Shown here: positions 22,670 through 33,338 of the stretch, piece after piece
Layout of the letters: each line of letters begins with the position of its first letter
Position numbering within the stretch: position 1 is the first letter of the stretch
NCBI GenBank assembly: GCA_963803975.1
Contig: CAWDOY010000053.1
Location: 64,001-128,000 of the forward strand
DNA length: 64,000 nucleotides
Direction: 5' to 3'
DNA from: an uncultured delta proteobacterium
GTDB lineage: Bacteria; Desulfobacterota; WTBG01; CAIYCZ01
Program-made: the position numbers and the translations under genes
Notes under the pieces: generated by a model
What the model was told of the DNA's origin: nothing
Seen by the model: only the letters and a program-made list of their open reading frames with translations
Databases searched by the model: none

Positions 22670-24448
22670 ATGTCCTGTAACCCTGAATGGGGGCTGGCCA
22701 AGGGGCAGCTGGTAAAAGAGATTGATGCCCTGGGCGGTATCATGGGCAGGGCAATTGATGCCACCGGTATTCAGTTCCGGCTTTTAAACACTAAAAAAGG
22801 CCCTGCAGTACGGTCTTCCCGCGCGCAGGCTGACCGGCAGCTGTACCGGCTGTGGATGAAACATGCTCTTGAATCTGCGATAAACCTTGATATTAAGCAG
22901 GCATCTGCTGAGAAAATACTGGTGCACGACGGGCAGGTGGAGGGAGTCGAAACTGCGCTTGGCGAGCGCTTTTATGCCAACGCCGTGATTCTCACCACCG
23001 GAACGTTTCTCAATGGTCTCATCCATATCGGCCTTGCCAATTTCCCCGCCGGCAGGCTCGGCGAAGCTCCCTCGCTCGGGATGGCAGAAAGCCTGAGACA
23101 GCTCGGATTTACTATCGGCAGGCTTAAGACCGGCACCACCCCGCGCCTTGATGCAAGAACCATAGATTATAGCGTGATGGAAATTCAGGAGGGTGATGAG
23201 TACCCGGTGCCGTTTTCCTTCTCCACCGAAAAGATTACCCAGAGCCAGGTTCCCTGTCACATAACCTATACCAATCAGGAAACCCATGCCATCATCAGGG
23301 AGGGGCTTGACCGCTCCCCTCTCTACACCGGCGTGATCAAGGGCACGGGTGCCCGTTATTGCCCATCCATTGAAGATAAAGTGATGCGGTTTCCTGACCG
23401 GCAGCGTCACCAGATATTTATAGAACCGGAAGGCAGAGATACCGTGGAGGTGTATCCCAACGGCCTTGCCACCAGCCTTCCCCTGGACACGCAGATACGC
23501 ATGCTGCGGAGCATCCGGGGATTGGAGTCGGTTGCAATAATGCGGCCGGGATACGCCATTGAATACGACTATATCAATCCTCTGCAGTTAAAGCGCTCCC
23601 TTGAGACCAAGCAGGTGGCGGGGCTCTATGGTGCGGGCCAGATCAACGGCACCTCTGGTTATGAAGAGGCGGCAGCCCAGGGGCTTATGGCAGGAATCAA
23701 TGCTGCCTTGCAGGTAACCGGCGCAGAGCCGTTTATCCTTGACCGGGCAGAGGCCTATATCGGGGTGCTGATCGATGATCTGGTGACCAGGGGAACCACT
23801 GAACCATACCGCATGTTTACCTCGCGGGCGGAATACCGGCTGCTGCTGCGCGAAGATAATGCCGACCTGCGGCTGCGGGAAAAAGGCTACCGGCTGGGGC
23901 TGGTGGCAGACGCTGATTTCATGAAGCTTCAGCACAAGCAGCAGGAAGTGGATGAAGAGCTCAGGCGGATAGCGGAAACAAACGTTGTCCCGGCGCCCGC
24001 AATCCAGGAGTGGCTCGGCAGGTGGGGCAGTGCTCCCCTGCGGCACGCGGTAACGCTCAAGGAGCTGCTCAGGAGGCCGGAGATTGACTACCGGGCGGTG
24101 AAGGAAATGCCATCCCTTGCACCGGCAGTCTCTGACAGCGCTTTGCAGCAGGTGGAAATTCAGGTAAAGTATGAGGGCTATATAGAGCGGCAGCAGCTGG
24201 TGGTGGAAAAGTTTAAGCGCATGGAGCTGAAACAGATACCGCAGGATATTAATTTCTATGATGTGCCCAGCCTGTCAACCGAGGTGCGGCAGAAGCTGCA
24301 CCAGATACGGCCTGCTTCACTGGGCCAGGCATCACGAATATCGGGTATTACACCCGCAGCACTTTCCATACTTATGATATATATGAAAAAGCAGGAAGGC
24401 AACCTAAACAACCTGAGAACCATCCAGGGGAAGGCATCGGCGCTATGA
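22670..24448 (+). CDS. mnmG: tRNA uridine 5-carboxymethylaminomethyl modification enzyme MnmG; 5' end garbled
   Basis: [74 protein letters not shown]; the N-terminal FAD-binding motif is not recoverable. Confidence 0.92.
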   Translation: MSCNPEWGLAKGQLVKEIDALGGIMGRAIDATGIQFRLLNTKKGPAVRSSRAQADRQLYRLWMKHALESAINLDIKQASAEKILVHDGQVEGVETALGERFYANAVILTTGTFLNGLIHIGLANFPAGRLGEAPSLGMAESLRQLGFTIGRLKTGTTPRLDARTIDYSVMEIQEGDEYPVPFSFSTEKITQSQVPCHITYTNQETHAIIREGLDRSPLYTGVIKGTGARYCPSIEDKVMRFPDRQRHQIFIEPEGRDTVEVYPNGLATSLPLDTQIRMLRSIRGLESVAIMRPGYAIEYDYINPLQLKRSLETKQVAGLYGAGQINGTSGYEEAAAQGLMAGINAALQVTGAEPFILDRAEAYIGVLIDDLVTRGTTEPYRMFTSRAEYRLLLREDNADLRLREKGYRLGLVADADFMKLQHKQQEVDEELRRIAETNVVPAPAIQEWLGRWGSAPLRHAVTLKELLRRPEIDYRAVKEMPSLAPAVSDSALQQVEIQVKYEGYIERQQLVVEKFKRMELKQIPQDINFYDVPSLSTEVRQKLHQIRPASLGQASRISGITPAALSILMIYMKKQEGNLNNLRTIQGKASAL

Positions 24449-25206
24449 AAACAAAAGATCTGGAAGCAAAAAAGAAAAATACCGCACAACTCAAAAAAGA
24501 AGCCTCGAGTCTGGGAATGGATCTCTTTGGCGTGGCTGATATTACCGGCCTGAAAAAAGATTTCCGCTACCTGAACAGCGCCACGGTGGAGAACCTGAAC
24601 AGTGCCGTCTCCCTGGGTGTGAGGCTGCTCCAGCCGGTGCTTGAAGACATCCAGGACCAGCCCACCCCCCTCTATTTGCACCACTACCGTCAGGTTAACT
24701 ATCTGCTGGACCGTGCAGCGCTTCTGCTTTCACAGCGGATACAGGAGGATGGATACCTGGCCCTTCCCATTGCCGCATCACAAGTGATTGACTGGGAAAA
24801 ACAATGCGGCCATGTTTCCCACAAAGCCATTGCCATTGCAGCAGGCCTTGGATGGCTGGGCCGGAACAATCTTCTGGTTCATCCCCAGTACGGCGCGCAG
24901 GTCAGACTGGTGACCGTGCTGACAAATTACCCGCTCACAGCCAATGCTCCCCTGAAGCACAGTTGCGAAACCTGCCGGGTCTGCATTGATGCCTGTCCTG
25001 CCCGGGCAATAAAAGACGATCAGGCACAGTTTGACCACAAAGGGTGTTTTGAGACCCTGCGCGGTTTTAAAACCAAAGCCAACATCGGGCACTATATCTG
25101 CGGCATCTGTGTTAAAGCCTGCAATGGGTCTGCAGACCCATCCATGCCCCGCAAACCCCGCAACGCACGAAGTTTTATCACACTGCGAAACACTAAGAGT
25201 GACTAA
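24445..25206 (+). CDS. QueG-like (epoxyqueuosine reductase family) 4Fe-4S protein
   Basis: [48 protein letters not shown]. Confidence 0.75.
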   Translation: MKTKDLEAKKKNTAQLKKEASSLGMDLFGVADITGLKKDFRYLNSATVENLNSAVSLGVRLLQPVLEDIQDQPTPLYLHHYRQVNYLLDRAALLLSQRIQEDGYLALPIAASQVIDWEKQCGHVSHKAIAIAAGLGWLGRNNLLVHPQYGAQVRLVTVLTNYPLTANAPLKHSCETCRVCIDACPARAIKDDQAQFDHKGCFETLRGFKTKANIGHYICGICVKACNGSADPSMPRKPRNARSFITLRNTKSD

Positions 25207-26182
25207 CATTGCACCGCAGGGACGGATACTGGAAATTCTTCTGGAGCACTGCGGCAGCTTTGTTCCGGCGGCAACATTCACCGGGTCCGCAGGTGTCTCG
25301 CAGGCAGAATTAGTACCACTCATTGCGTCCCTGCAGCGCCAGGGGATTTCCCTTTCTGTCAGTTCAGCCGACGGATACCGTCTGAACGCACTCCCTGACC
25401 GGCTTGTTCCGCCACTCATACAACAAGGGCTGAAGACCGCGCGCGCAGCGCGGGAAATCCATTACTTTGCACAGACAGATTCAACCAACCGGATTGCCAA
25501 AGAAATGGCTGCTCAAGGAGCAGCAGAGGGCACACTGGTTATTGCCGAAGAGCAGACAGGCGGGCGCGGACGCATGGACCGGACGTGGGTTTCAGCCCCG
25601 TTCAGCAGTATTTTATGCTCAATCATTTTTTATCCCGGCCTGGGCCCTTCTTCCCTGTTCAGGCTGACGATGATGGCATCAGTGGCAGTGGTCAGGGCAA
25701 TAGAGGTGGTCTGCAAGCTCCCGGCACAGATAAAGTGGCCAAATGATGTGTACATCGGGAATAAAAAAGTCTGCGGAATTCTCACCGAATTTGCGGCAGA
25801 GCGCGACCGGGTGCAGTATGCCGTGGTCGGTATAGGAATTAATGTTAATGACGAATTCAGGAGCGCCCCTGAGCTTGCCGGCATAGCGACATCGCTCAAG
25901 AACGAATGCGGCCGAACGATCTCACGGCGAGCGCTGCTGCAGCAGCTCCTTGAAGAGCTTGATCGCGGCTATGAAACACTTCTGCAGGGCAGTGTTGTTG
26001 AGCTGAAGACACTCTGGGAGCAGCACTCCATGATACTGAACAGAAAAGTTACTATTGCGTCGGCACAGGACCTCATGGAAGGAACTGCCCGGGGGATTAC
26101 CGATGACGGCCATCTTCTTCTGGAAGATGTGAGCGGCACCATACGGGAGATTGTGAGCGGCGATGTGTCGTTGCGGATGTAA
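25199..26182 (+). CDS. birA: Bifunctional biotin-protein ligase/repressor
   Basis: DSTN, EEQTGGRGR, IKWPNDV, KKVCGIL, GIGINV, SGDVS; N-terminal HTH-like segment; start inferred at GTG 25199. Confidence 0.9.
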   Translation: MTNIAPQGRILEILLEHCGSFVPAATFTGSAGVSQAELVPLIASLQRQGISLSVSSADGYRLNALPDRLVPPLIQQGLKTARAAREIHYFAQTDSTNRIAKEMAAQGAAEGTLVIAEEQTGGRGRMDRTWVSAPFSSILCSIIFYPGLGPSSLFRLTMMASVAVVRAIEVVCKLPAQIKWPNDVYIGNKKVCGILTEFAAERDRVQYAVVGIGINVNDEFRSAPELAGIATSLKNECGRTISRRALLQQLLEELDRGYETLLQGSVVELKTLWEQHSMILNRKVTIASAQDLMEGTARGITDDGHLLLEDVSGTIREIVSGDVSLRM

Positions 26183-26211
26183 GAAGGGCTGACAGCTGAC
26201 AGCTATGTGTC

Positions 26212-27255
26212 ATGTATCATCTTTCTTTGCCCGGTTACTTTATGAGCAGAAATAAGATTTCAGCATTGTACTCATTTTTACAGAACCTGACAGAGCGCAT
26301 TGTATCCGGCGGTGCTGCCACGCGGCGTGATGCGGAAAAAATTGTCTCCCTGCATGACCAACATGATATCGTCATGCTGGCCGCGCATGCAAATGTCCTG
26401 AGAAACCATTTCACGGGGTCCTGCATCAAGCTCTGTGCCATTGTTAACGCAAAATCCGGCCGCTGCTCTGAAGACTGCATATTCTGCGCACAGTCAGCCC
26501 ATTACAGTACTGACGTTAAGACCTATCCGCTGCTGGCGGCAGAAGATGTTGTGGCCGGTGCTCAGGCAGCCAGAACGGAGGGAGCAGGCCATTTCAGTAT
26601 CGTTACCAGCGGCAAGGGCATTACCAGCGCCGGGGAAATAATAACACTATGCGACTATGTCAAAGCGATCGCACTGCTTGAGCCGCTTATTCCGTGTGCT
26701 TCTCTCGGTGTGCTCTCGCGGCAGGAATTGCTCATGCTGCGGGAGGCCGGACTCAGGCGCTACCATCACAACCTGGAGACCAGCCGGAGCCATTTTAGCG
26801 CCATTTGTTCAACCCATTCCTATGATGACCGGGTGCGGACAATCCGCACGGCACAGGAGGCAGGCCTTGAGGTGTGCGCGGGAGGGATTCTGGGAATGGG
26901 CGAGACCCCGCAGCAATTGATTGAGCTTGCATTTACCTTAAGAGAGCTGAACGTTGAGAGCGTGCCGCTCAATTTTTTAAATCCCATTGCCGGCACGCCG
27001 GCCGCGCGCTATGGCCTGCTGCAGCCGCTGGAGATACTGAAAAGCATTTCCCTGTTCCGGTTTGTCCTGCCGGATAAGGAGATCAGAATCTGCGGCGGCC
27101 GGGAGACCGGGCTGCGCACGCTGCAGCCTTTGATGTATATGGCCGGAGCCAGCGGCACCATGATTGGCAATTACCTGACCACGTCAGGCCGCGCCCCGGC
27201 AGTAGATGTGCAGGAAATTCATGATCTCGCCCTGACCATAGGGCCCATGCCGTAA
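26212..27255 (+). CDS. bioB: Biotin synthase
   Basis: NAKSGRCSEDCIFCAQS, YHHNLETS, CAGGILGMGE, SVPLNFL, GNYLTT. Confidence 0.95.
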   Translation: MYHLSLPGYFMSRNKISALYSFLQNLTERIVSGGAATRRDAEKIVSLHDQHDIVMLAAHANVLRNHFTGSCIKLCAIVNAKSGRCSEDCIFCAQSAHYSTDVKTYPLLAAEDVVAGAQAARTEGAGHFSIVTSGKGITSAGEIITLCDYVKAIALLEPLIPCASLGVLSRQELLMLREAGLRRYHHNLETSRSHFSAICSTHSYDDRVRTIRTAQEAGLEVCAGGILGMGETPQQLIELAFTLRELNVESVPLNFLNPIAGTPAARYGLLQPLEILKSISLFRFVLPDKEIRICGGRETGLRTLQPLMYMAGASGTMIGNYLTTSGRAPAVDVQEIHDLALTIGPMP

Positions 27256-27256
27256 C

Positions 27257-28690
27257 ATGAGCACCACTGCCGCAACGCTCTGCATACAGGAACTCGGTCC
27301 CTATGATTCATGGGAGAAAATTCCTGAAAAACTGCTTGCCCGGCCGTACAGCTTTTTTCTTGACAGCGCCGGCGGGAGATTTCCCGGCGCGCGCTATTCC
27401 TTTTTGGGGAGCGACCCGTTTCTTGTTTTTAAATGCACGGGCCGGGACATAACCCTTGAGCAAAACGGCCAGGAGAGAAGGCTCAGGGAAGATCCGTTTG
27501 TCTTCTTAAAGAGCCTCATGGGCAGCTTCAAGGTGGAGACAGAAACACCGCCAGCTCCGTTTATCGGCGGCGCGGTGGGCTATTTCGGTTATGACCTGGC
27601 GCGGATAATTGAAACAGTACCGGATACGGCGTGCTCCGATATCGTGGTGCCTGACTGCTGTCTTGGTTTTTACAGCGCGGCTATTATAGTAGATCATCAT
27701 GAGCGGAAGGTGTGGATAGCCTCCTCAGGGCTCCCCGAAGAAACCAAGTCACTGCAGCGCGCCAAAGCGCAGGAAGATATTGAGCATATCTCATCACTGC
27801 TTGCAGATAACAGCGCGGCAGCCTGCTGTAATACGGAAAAAGAGTCCTCCTATCCTGCAGCTGTTCTCTCGGCTCATTTTGACCGGGAGTCATACTGTCG
27901 AGCGATTGCAACCGCAAAACACCATATCGCGGAAGGCGATATTTATCAGGTCAATCTGTCACAGCGGTATTCCTGCCCGGCATCTATTCCCCCGTTCGCT
28001 CTTTTCAAGCGGCTGCGCACGGTCAGCCCGGCGCCGTTCGGGGCTTTTTTTAACGGGGGAGATCATCACATCATCTGTTCATCTCCTGAACGGTTTTTGC
28101 GCATCTCCGGGAGAATAATTGAGACCCGGCCCATAAAAGGGACCAGGCCGCGCGGGGCAACCGAGACTGAAGACCGGCGCCTGCGCGATGAGCTCCTGGC
28201 AAGCGCTAAAGACCGTGCTGAACTCATCATGATTGTTGATCTGGAGCGAAATGACCTGGGCAGGGTGTGCCGGTTCGGCAGCATTCAGACATCAGAGCTC
28301 ATCAGCCTTGAAACACACCCGGTGGTTCATCACCTGGTCGCAACCATCCGGGGCGAACTTGCTGTTGGCTATGATCATGTTGATTGCCTGCGCGCCTGTT
28401 TTCCCGGCGGCTCCATTACCGGCGCGCCCAAAATACGCGCCATGGAGATCATCGAGGAGCTTGAACCGTGCAGACGAAAGGTCTATACTGGATCATTGGG
28501 ATATCTTGGCTTTAACGGCGAATCAGATTTAAATATCCTTATCCGCACCATACTGCATGCGCATGACTCATACTATTTTCACGTGGGCGGGGGCATTGTT
28601 GCCGATTCAGTGCCGGACCTGGAATATGAAGAAACCCTCCACAAGGCGCGGGGCATCATGGAAGCGCTGGGGATGACATGCAGCACATGA
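27257..28690 (+). CDS. pabB: Aminodeoxychorismate synthase component I
   Basis: GDIYQVNLSQR, SSPERF, TRPIKGTRPRG, MIVDLERNDLGRV, FPGGSITGAPK. Confidence 0.9.
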   Translation: MSTTAATLCIQELGPYDSWEKIPEKLLARPYSFFLDSAGGRFPGARYSFLGSDPFLVFKCTGRDITLEQNGQERRLREDPFVFLKSLMGSFKVETETPPAPFIGGAVGYFGYDLARIIETVPDTACSDIVVPDCCLGFYSAAIIVDHHERKVWIASSGLPEETKSLQRAKAQEDIEHISSLLADNSAAACCNTEKESSYPAAVLSAHFDRESYCRAIATAKHHIAEGDIYQVNLSQRYSCPASIPPFALFKRLRTVSPAPFGAFFNGGDHHIICSSPERFLRISGRIIETRPIKGTRPRGATETEDRRLRDELLASAKDRAELIMIVDLERNDLGRVCRFGSIQTSELISLETHPVVHHLVATIRGELAVGYDHVDCLRACFPGGSITGAPKIRAMEIIEELEPCRRKVYTGSLGYLGFNGESDLNILIRTILHAHDSYYFHVGGGIVADSVPDLEYEETLHKARGIMEALGMTCST

Positions 28691-28733
28691 GGGTATTGCC
28701 TCAGCTGGAGGAAGGTTATGCCGGGGAGCGCGT

Positions 28734-29165
28734 ATGCTAACAGATAAGGACATACAGGGAATTCTTGAAAAGTATCACAGCATTGCTGTCTATGGCATGT
28801 CAAAGAGCGAGGAAAAACCAGCTCACTACGTGCCGGCCTTCCTCTTATCAAAGGGATATGCTATTATTCCGGTGAATCCGTCCGCAGATACCATTATTAA
28901 TTTAAAATCCTATGCAAGCCTCAGGGATATTCCTGAACGGATTGATGTACTGCAAGTTTTTCGCCCCTCCGCGCAGGTGCCTGACGTGGTACGGGAAGCT
29001 TTGGAGAGACGGCAGGAGCGGGGAGACATTGAGGTGATCTGGCTTCAGGATGGTATTTATAATGAAGAGGCCCGGAAGCTTGCCGAACGGGCAGGGATTA
29101 TTGTTATCCAGGACCGGTGCATGATGAAAGAATTTAAGCGGCTTATGCCGTACAACAATAGCTGA
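28734..29165 (+). CDS. CoA-binding protein (YccU-like)
   Basis: IAVYG.S..KPAH, IIPVNP, VFRPS, IWLQDG, DRC. Confidence 0.88.
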   Translation: MLTDKDIQGILEKYHSIAVYGMSKSEEKPAHYVPAFLLSKGYAIIPVNPSADTIINLKSYASLRDIPERIDVLQVFRPSAQVPDVVREALERRQERGDIEVIWLQDGIYNEEARKLAERAGIIVIQDRCMMKEFKRLMPYNNS

Positions 29166-29212
29166 CAGTTGAACGCTACACATTTGATTATTTTTTCAGG
29201 GAGGTATCTATC

Positions 29213-30403
29213 ATGGCATTTAAAATCAAAGACAACATCACCTGGGTGGGAAAGATTGACTGGGAGCTGAGAAAGTTTCACGGCGAAGAGCTCTCCACGC
29301 ACCGCGGCTCATCGTACAATTCGTATCTGGTACAAGATGCAAAGACCGTTCTGATTGATACGGTCTGGGGCCCGTTTGACAAAGAGTTTGTAGGGAAGCT
29401 GAAGCAGGTAATCGATCTAAAAAAGATTGATTATGTGATCGCCAACCATGGCGAAACCGATCACAGCGGCAGTCTGCTGGAACTCATGCGCGAGATTCCG
29501 GGCACCCCCATCTACTGCACGGCCAATGCCGTTAAATCCCTTAAAGGGCAGTATCATCAGGACTGGAACTTTCAGGTGGTGAAGACCGGCGACAAGTTGA
29601 ATATCGGCTCACGGGACCTGATATTCATTGAAGCGCCCATGCTGCACTGGCCCGACAGCATGTTCTGCTATCTGACCGGCGACAACATCCTGTTCAGCAA
29701 TGATGCCTTTGGCCAGCACTTTGCTTCAGAGCTCATGTACAATGATCTGGTTGACCAGTGCGAGCTGTTTCAGGAGGCAATAAAATATTATGCCAATATT
29801 CTGACGCCATTCAGCATGCTGGTGGATAAAAAGATCAAAGAAGTCGTCGGCCTTAACCTGCCTGTGGCCATGATCTGCCCGAGCCACGGGATTATGTGGC
29901 GCAAAGACCCGCTGCAGATCGTCAACAAATATGTCCAGTGGGCAAACAATTACCAGGAAAACCAGATCACCATTGTTTATGACAGCATGTGGAACGGCAC
30001 CCGCAAAATGGCAGAGGCGATTGCCGAAGGCATTACCGCGGCGGACAGCAGTGTTACGGTAAAATTGTTTCAGTGCGCCCGCTCGGACAAAGCAGATATC
30101 ATCACCGAGCTTTTCAAGGCCAAGGCAATTCTGGTGGGCTCCCCGACCGTAAACCGGGGCATTCTCTCTGCGGTCGGCGGTATCCTTGAAGAAGTAAAGG
30201 GTCTGGGCTTTAAGAACAAAAAAGCCGCTGCCTTCGGCACCTACGGCTGGAGCGGTGAATCGGTGAAGATACTTACTGAAAAGCTCAGGGAAGCGGGCCT
30301 TGAGGTGCTGCAGGACGGGCTGAGGATAAACTGGAATCCAGACCAGCAGGGCATTGCAAGCTGCATTACCCTGGGGAAAGAGGTGGCGGGGAAGGTGAAA
30401 TAA
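29213..30403 (+). CDS. fprA: Flavodiiron protein (FprA/NorV family O2/NO reductase)
   Basis: SYNSYL, NHGETDHSG, PMLHWPDSM, SNDAFGQH, PSHG; flavodoxin domain YDSMWNGT..GSPT..FGTYGWSGE. Confidence 0.9.
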   Translation: MAFKIKDNITWVGKIDWELRKFHGEELSTHRGSSYNSYLVQDAKTVLIDTVWGPFDKEFVGKLKQVIDLKKIDYVIANHGETDHSGSLLELMREIPGTPIYCTANAVKSLKGQYHQDWNFQVVKTGDKLNIGSRDLIFIEAPMLHWPDSMFCYLTGDNILFSNDAFGQHFASELMYNDLVDQCELFQEAIKYYANILTPFSMLVDKKIKEVVGLNLPVAMICPSHGIMWRKDPLQIVNKYVQWANNYQENQITIVYDSMWNGTRKMAEAIAEGITAADSSVTVKLFQCARSDKADIITELFKAKAILVGSPTVNRGILSAVGGILEEVKGLGFKNKKAAAFGTYGWSGESVKILTEKLREAGLEVLQDGLRINWNPDQQGIASCITLGKEVAGKVK

Positions 30404-30484
30404 GATTTTTTATTTACAATCCCCTTGATTTCATTTTACTACAGGGACCGGGGGGATTGTACAAGGTAAATAAGAGGGGCTGTT

Positions 30485-30850
30485 ATGTCCGCTCCGCAGG
30501 AGATTGTTGATTTAGTTGGGCGGTTTGAGCGCAACCGTGAGGCGTATACCTCAGGGCAGTATAATGAGACACAGCTGAGAAGAGAATTCCTCGACCCGTT
30601 CTTTGAGGTGCTCGGCTGGGATGTGAATAATAAAAAGGGTCACGCTGAGGCATATAAAGATGTCATCCACGAGGACGCCATAAAAATCGGAGGCTTCACC
30701 AAAGCCCCTGACTACTGCTTTCGCATTGGCGGGGTCAGGAAGTTTTTTGTTGAAGCAAAAAAGCCCTCAGTAAACCTCAAAGATGACATAAGCCCTGCCT
30801 TTCAACTGCGCCGCTATGCCTGGTCAGCCCGCCTGCCTTTAAGTATCCTC
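30485..30850 (+). pseudogene. N-terminal endonuclease fragment of a large type IIG/Eco57I-like restriction-modification enzyme
   Basis: NET.LR.EFLDPFFE.LGWD, APDY.F, FFVEAKKP, PAFQLRRYAWSA.LPLSIL, then abrupt loss of similarity; no methylase domain follows. Confidence 0.7.
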
Positions 30851-30897
30851 GCTGAAATTAAAATTGAAAAATCAAGTGATTCAAGGTACTATACTGC

Positions 30898-31095
30898 ATG
30901 ATGAAACGAACTATGCCCATTGCCATAGTTGATAAAGAAGACCAGAAGGCAACCAGTTTCTTCTGGCTGCAGAAGTCCCCTGAAGAACGGCTCAGCGCGG
31001 TTGAATTTTTAAGGGAGCAGTTTTACAGCATACAGGGCTACACAAGCCTTCCGCGAATGGTTTTCAGCATTACTATCCGGGACAGAAAACCATGA
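30898..31095 (+). CDS. Small protein, putative antitoxin/partner of the downstream nucleotidyltransferase
   Basis: FW..KSPEERL.AVE.LR motif; stop overlaps the start of the next gene (ATGA). Confidence 0.65.
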   Translation: MMKRTMPIAIVDKEDQKATSFFWLQKSPEERLSAVEFLREQFYSIQGYTSLPRMVFSITIRDRKP

Positions 31096-31535
31096 ACGTG
31101 CATCCTGATTTCAGTGATTTTATTAAGGCTCTAAAACAGCATGAAGTGCAATTTGTCATTGTGGGTGCTTTTGCGCTTGCATTTCATGGCCAGCCCCGTT
31201 CCACGGGAGATTTGGATGTCTGGATTCAACCAACCCCGGCCAATGCAAAGGCTTTACTTGATGCTCTAAGCACATTTGGCTTCCAGTCATTATCCATTGC
31301 TGAACAGGATATACTCTCGGGGAAAATAATTCAGCTTGGATTTCCTCCGGTAAGAATTGACCTGCTTTCAGCCCTTGATGGGTTAACGTCTGATGAGATA
31401 TGGGCGGGCCGCGCATCCGGGAAATTAGGGGATCATGAAATATGGTATTTAGGGAAGGAAGCTTTTATTAAGAATAAGAAGGCCGTAGGACGACACAAGG
31501 ACCTTGCTGACATAGAATCGCTATCAGGTTTTTAA
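31092..31535 (+). CDS. Nucleotidyltransferase-like protein (DUF6036-like)
   Basis: VGAFALAFHGQPRSTGDLD, RIDLL, NKKAVGRHKDLADIE. Confidence 0.8.
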   Translation: MNVHPDFSDFIKALKQHEVQFVIVGAFALAFHGQPRSTGDLDVWIQPTPANAKALLDALSTFGFQSLSIAEQDILSGKIIQLGFPPVRIDLLSALDGLTSDEIWAGRASGKLGDHEIWYLGKEAFIKNKKAVGRHKDLADIESLSGF

Positions 31536-31551
31536 AAAAGTAGTTTTCTCC

Positions 31552-31676
31552 CAGGCTGGTCAAAAACATCCGGATGCAAGGCGCGCGAAATCGTGAGGAA
31601 TGAGGCGTACGTTACCGTACGTCGCAATGACGAAGGATGAGCGCAACGAAGCAGATGGGTATTTTTCAACAGCCTG
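31552..31676 (+). mobile_element. MITE-like non-autonomous element, copy 1
   Basis: 125 bp; ends CAGGCTGGTCAAAAA / TTTTTCAACAGCCTG are imperfect inverted repeats; near-identical copies at 54395 and 63206. Confidence 0.8.
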
Positions 31677-31778
31677 CTGGAATAATTATGAGCCTTTGTG
31701 ATCAAGGCACCCTTTAAAAAAAGCTTCCCCAGCCCCTCTTGCCCAAAGAGGGGCATTGTTTATACAAAGGATTAATTC

Positions 31779-32649
31779 TTGGAGCGGATTGTATATTACA
31801 ACGGTGTTTTTGCACCTGAAAACAGCGTGTCTATATCGCCATGCAACCGCGGGCTTCTGTATGGGGACGGTCTTTTTGAAACGATGCGGGCCTACGGCGG
31901 GCGCGTTTTCCGGCTTTCGCAGCACCTGGAAAGATTAGCTGATGGTTTATTGGTGCTGCGTATAGAGCCATGCTCGCCAGCTGCCGATATAGAGCGCGCA
32001 GTATATGAACTGCTCGGATCGCAACAAACTGTCTGATGCATCAATCCGCCTCACGCTCTTCAGAGGCGACGGTGAAGGCTTTGAGCCGCAAAACGATCGC
32101 GCGTCATCGCTTCTGATATCTGCACGACAGTTTGGTAATTACCGCGCGGAAGATTATGCGCAGGGGTTTCGTGTGCATATGGTTTCCATGCGCAGAAATC
32201 TCTATTCGCCGCTTTCGCGCATAAAGAGCATCAACTATCTTGATAACATTCTGGGCCGGTTTGAGGCGCGCGATAACAATGCGCAGGAGGCGCTTTTTCT
32301 GAACAGCAACGGCTGGGTGGCAGAGGGTGCAACCGCAAATATCTTTATGCTCAAGAATAAAACAGTTATAACGCCGCCTGCTGACGCGGGCATCCTTCCC
32401 GGTATCACCCGCGCTGCAGTCCTTGAGATTGCGCGCAGCATCAATTGGGCAGTACAAGAACAGACCTTTTCCCCTGAGGAACTGCTGCGCTCGGATGAGG
32501 CATTTTTAACCAACTCCCTGATGGAGATCATGCCCCTGGTCATGGTGGATGAGCGTCCCGTGGGGAGCGGCATTCCCGGTCCGCTGACAAGAGCCCTGCA
32601 TCAGCACTACCGGGAGCTGGTAGGAAAGGAACTGCAGCTATCTATATGA
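31779..32649 (+). CDS. pabC: Class IV PLP aminotransferase / aminodeoxychorismate lyase (frameshifted)
   Basis: RGLLYGDGLFETMR, KSINYL, EGATANIF, ILPGITR, EAFLTNS; close to pabB. Confidence 0.75.
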
Positions 32650-33233
32650 AGGTTACCGACGCCAATTTTATAAAGAGTGTCTATCATCTGCCGGATCTGC
32701 CAAAGCCGCTGCTCCCTGAGCTTGCCTTTTCCGGCCGGTCAAATGTCGGAAAATCATCCCTTATCAACGTGCTTCTCAACCGCAAAGGCTTTGCCAAAAC
32801 AAGCTCCACACCCGGCCGGACCCAGTCCATCAATTTCATGGAAATAAACAGCTCCTTCTATTTTGTGGACCTGCCCGGCTACGGCTATGCCAATGTTCCC
32901 CTTGCGGTACGGAAAAAATGGCAGCCCCTGATAGAAGGGTATCTGGCACAGCGCACTACGCTGCGTTTGCTGGTGCTGCTTGCTGATATCAGGCGGGAGC
33001 CGCAGGAGGATGAGGAGCTGTTTGTCGCGTGGCTCAAACAGCTTGACATTCCCTTATTGGTTGTATTGACAAAAATCGATAAGGTTAAGAAAAACAGTCA
33101 GGTTACTTCGCTCAGGCAATGGCAGAAGCGCTTGGACATTGATGAAAAAATTGTTCTGTTTTCAGCGGTGACTGGTGAGGGCAAAGAAAAAATATGGCGC
33201 TATCTGGACCTGTCGCTGCGCACGGTTAAATAA
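32646..33233 (+). CDS. engB: Ribosome biogenesis GTPase YihA/YsxC
   Basis: GRSNVGKSSLIN, TSSTPGRT, VDLPGYGYA, TKIDK. Confidence 0.95.
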   Translation: MKVTDANFIKSVYHLPDLPKPLLPELAFSGRSNVGKSSLINVLLNRKGFAKTSSTPGRTQSINFMEINSSFYFVDLPGYGYANVPLAVRKKWQPLIEGYLAQRTTLRLLVLLADIRREPQEDEELFVAWLKQLDIPLLVVLTKIDKVKKNSQVTSLRQWQKRLDIDEKIVLFSAVTGEGKEKIWRYLDLSLRTVK

Positions 33234-33338
33234 CTTGACTGATTTCATGGTTTTAATTATAAACTTAACATCTTGAATTAAGTTTTTTGTATTAACAAAG
33301 AAACGATTACATTAAAAATCACAAAAATTGAGGTTGTC

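Noticed and set aside
24445..25206. Reductive dehalogenase
   Set aside because: It is short, with no Tat signal and no rdhB anchor; it fits the generic QueG-like Fe-S family.
31532..31756. ORF-track proteins containing HLLRCAHPSSLRRT or MTKDERN (also 54366-55292, the 5' part of 54480, and 63103-63288)
   Set aside because: They are translations of the MITE or antisense shadows, not independent genes.
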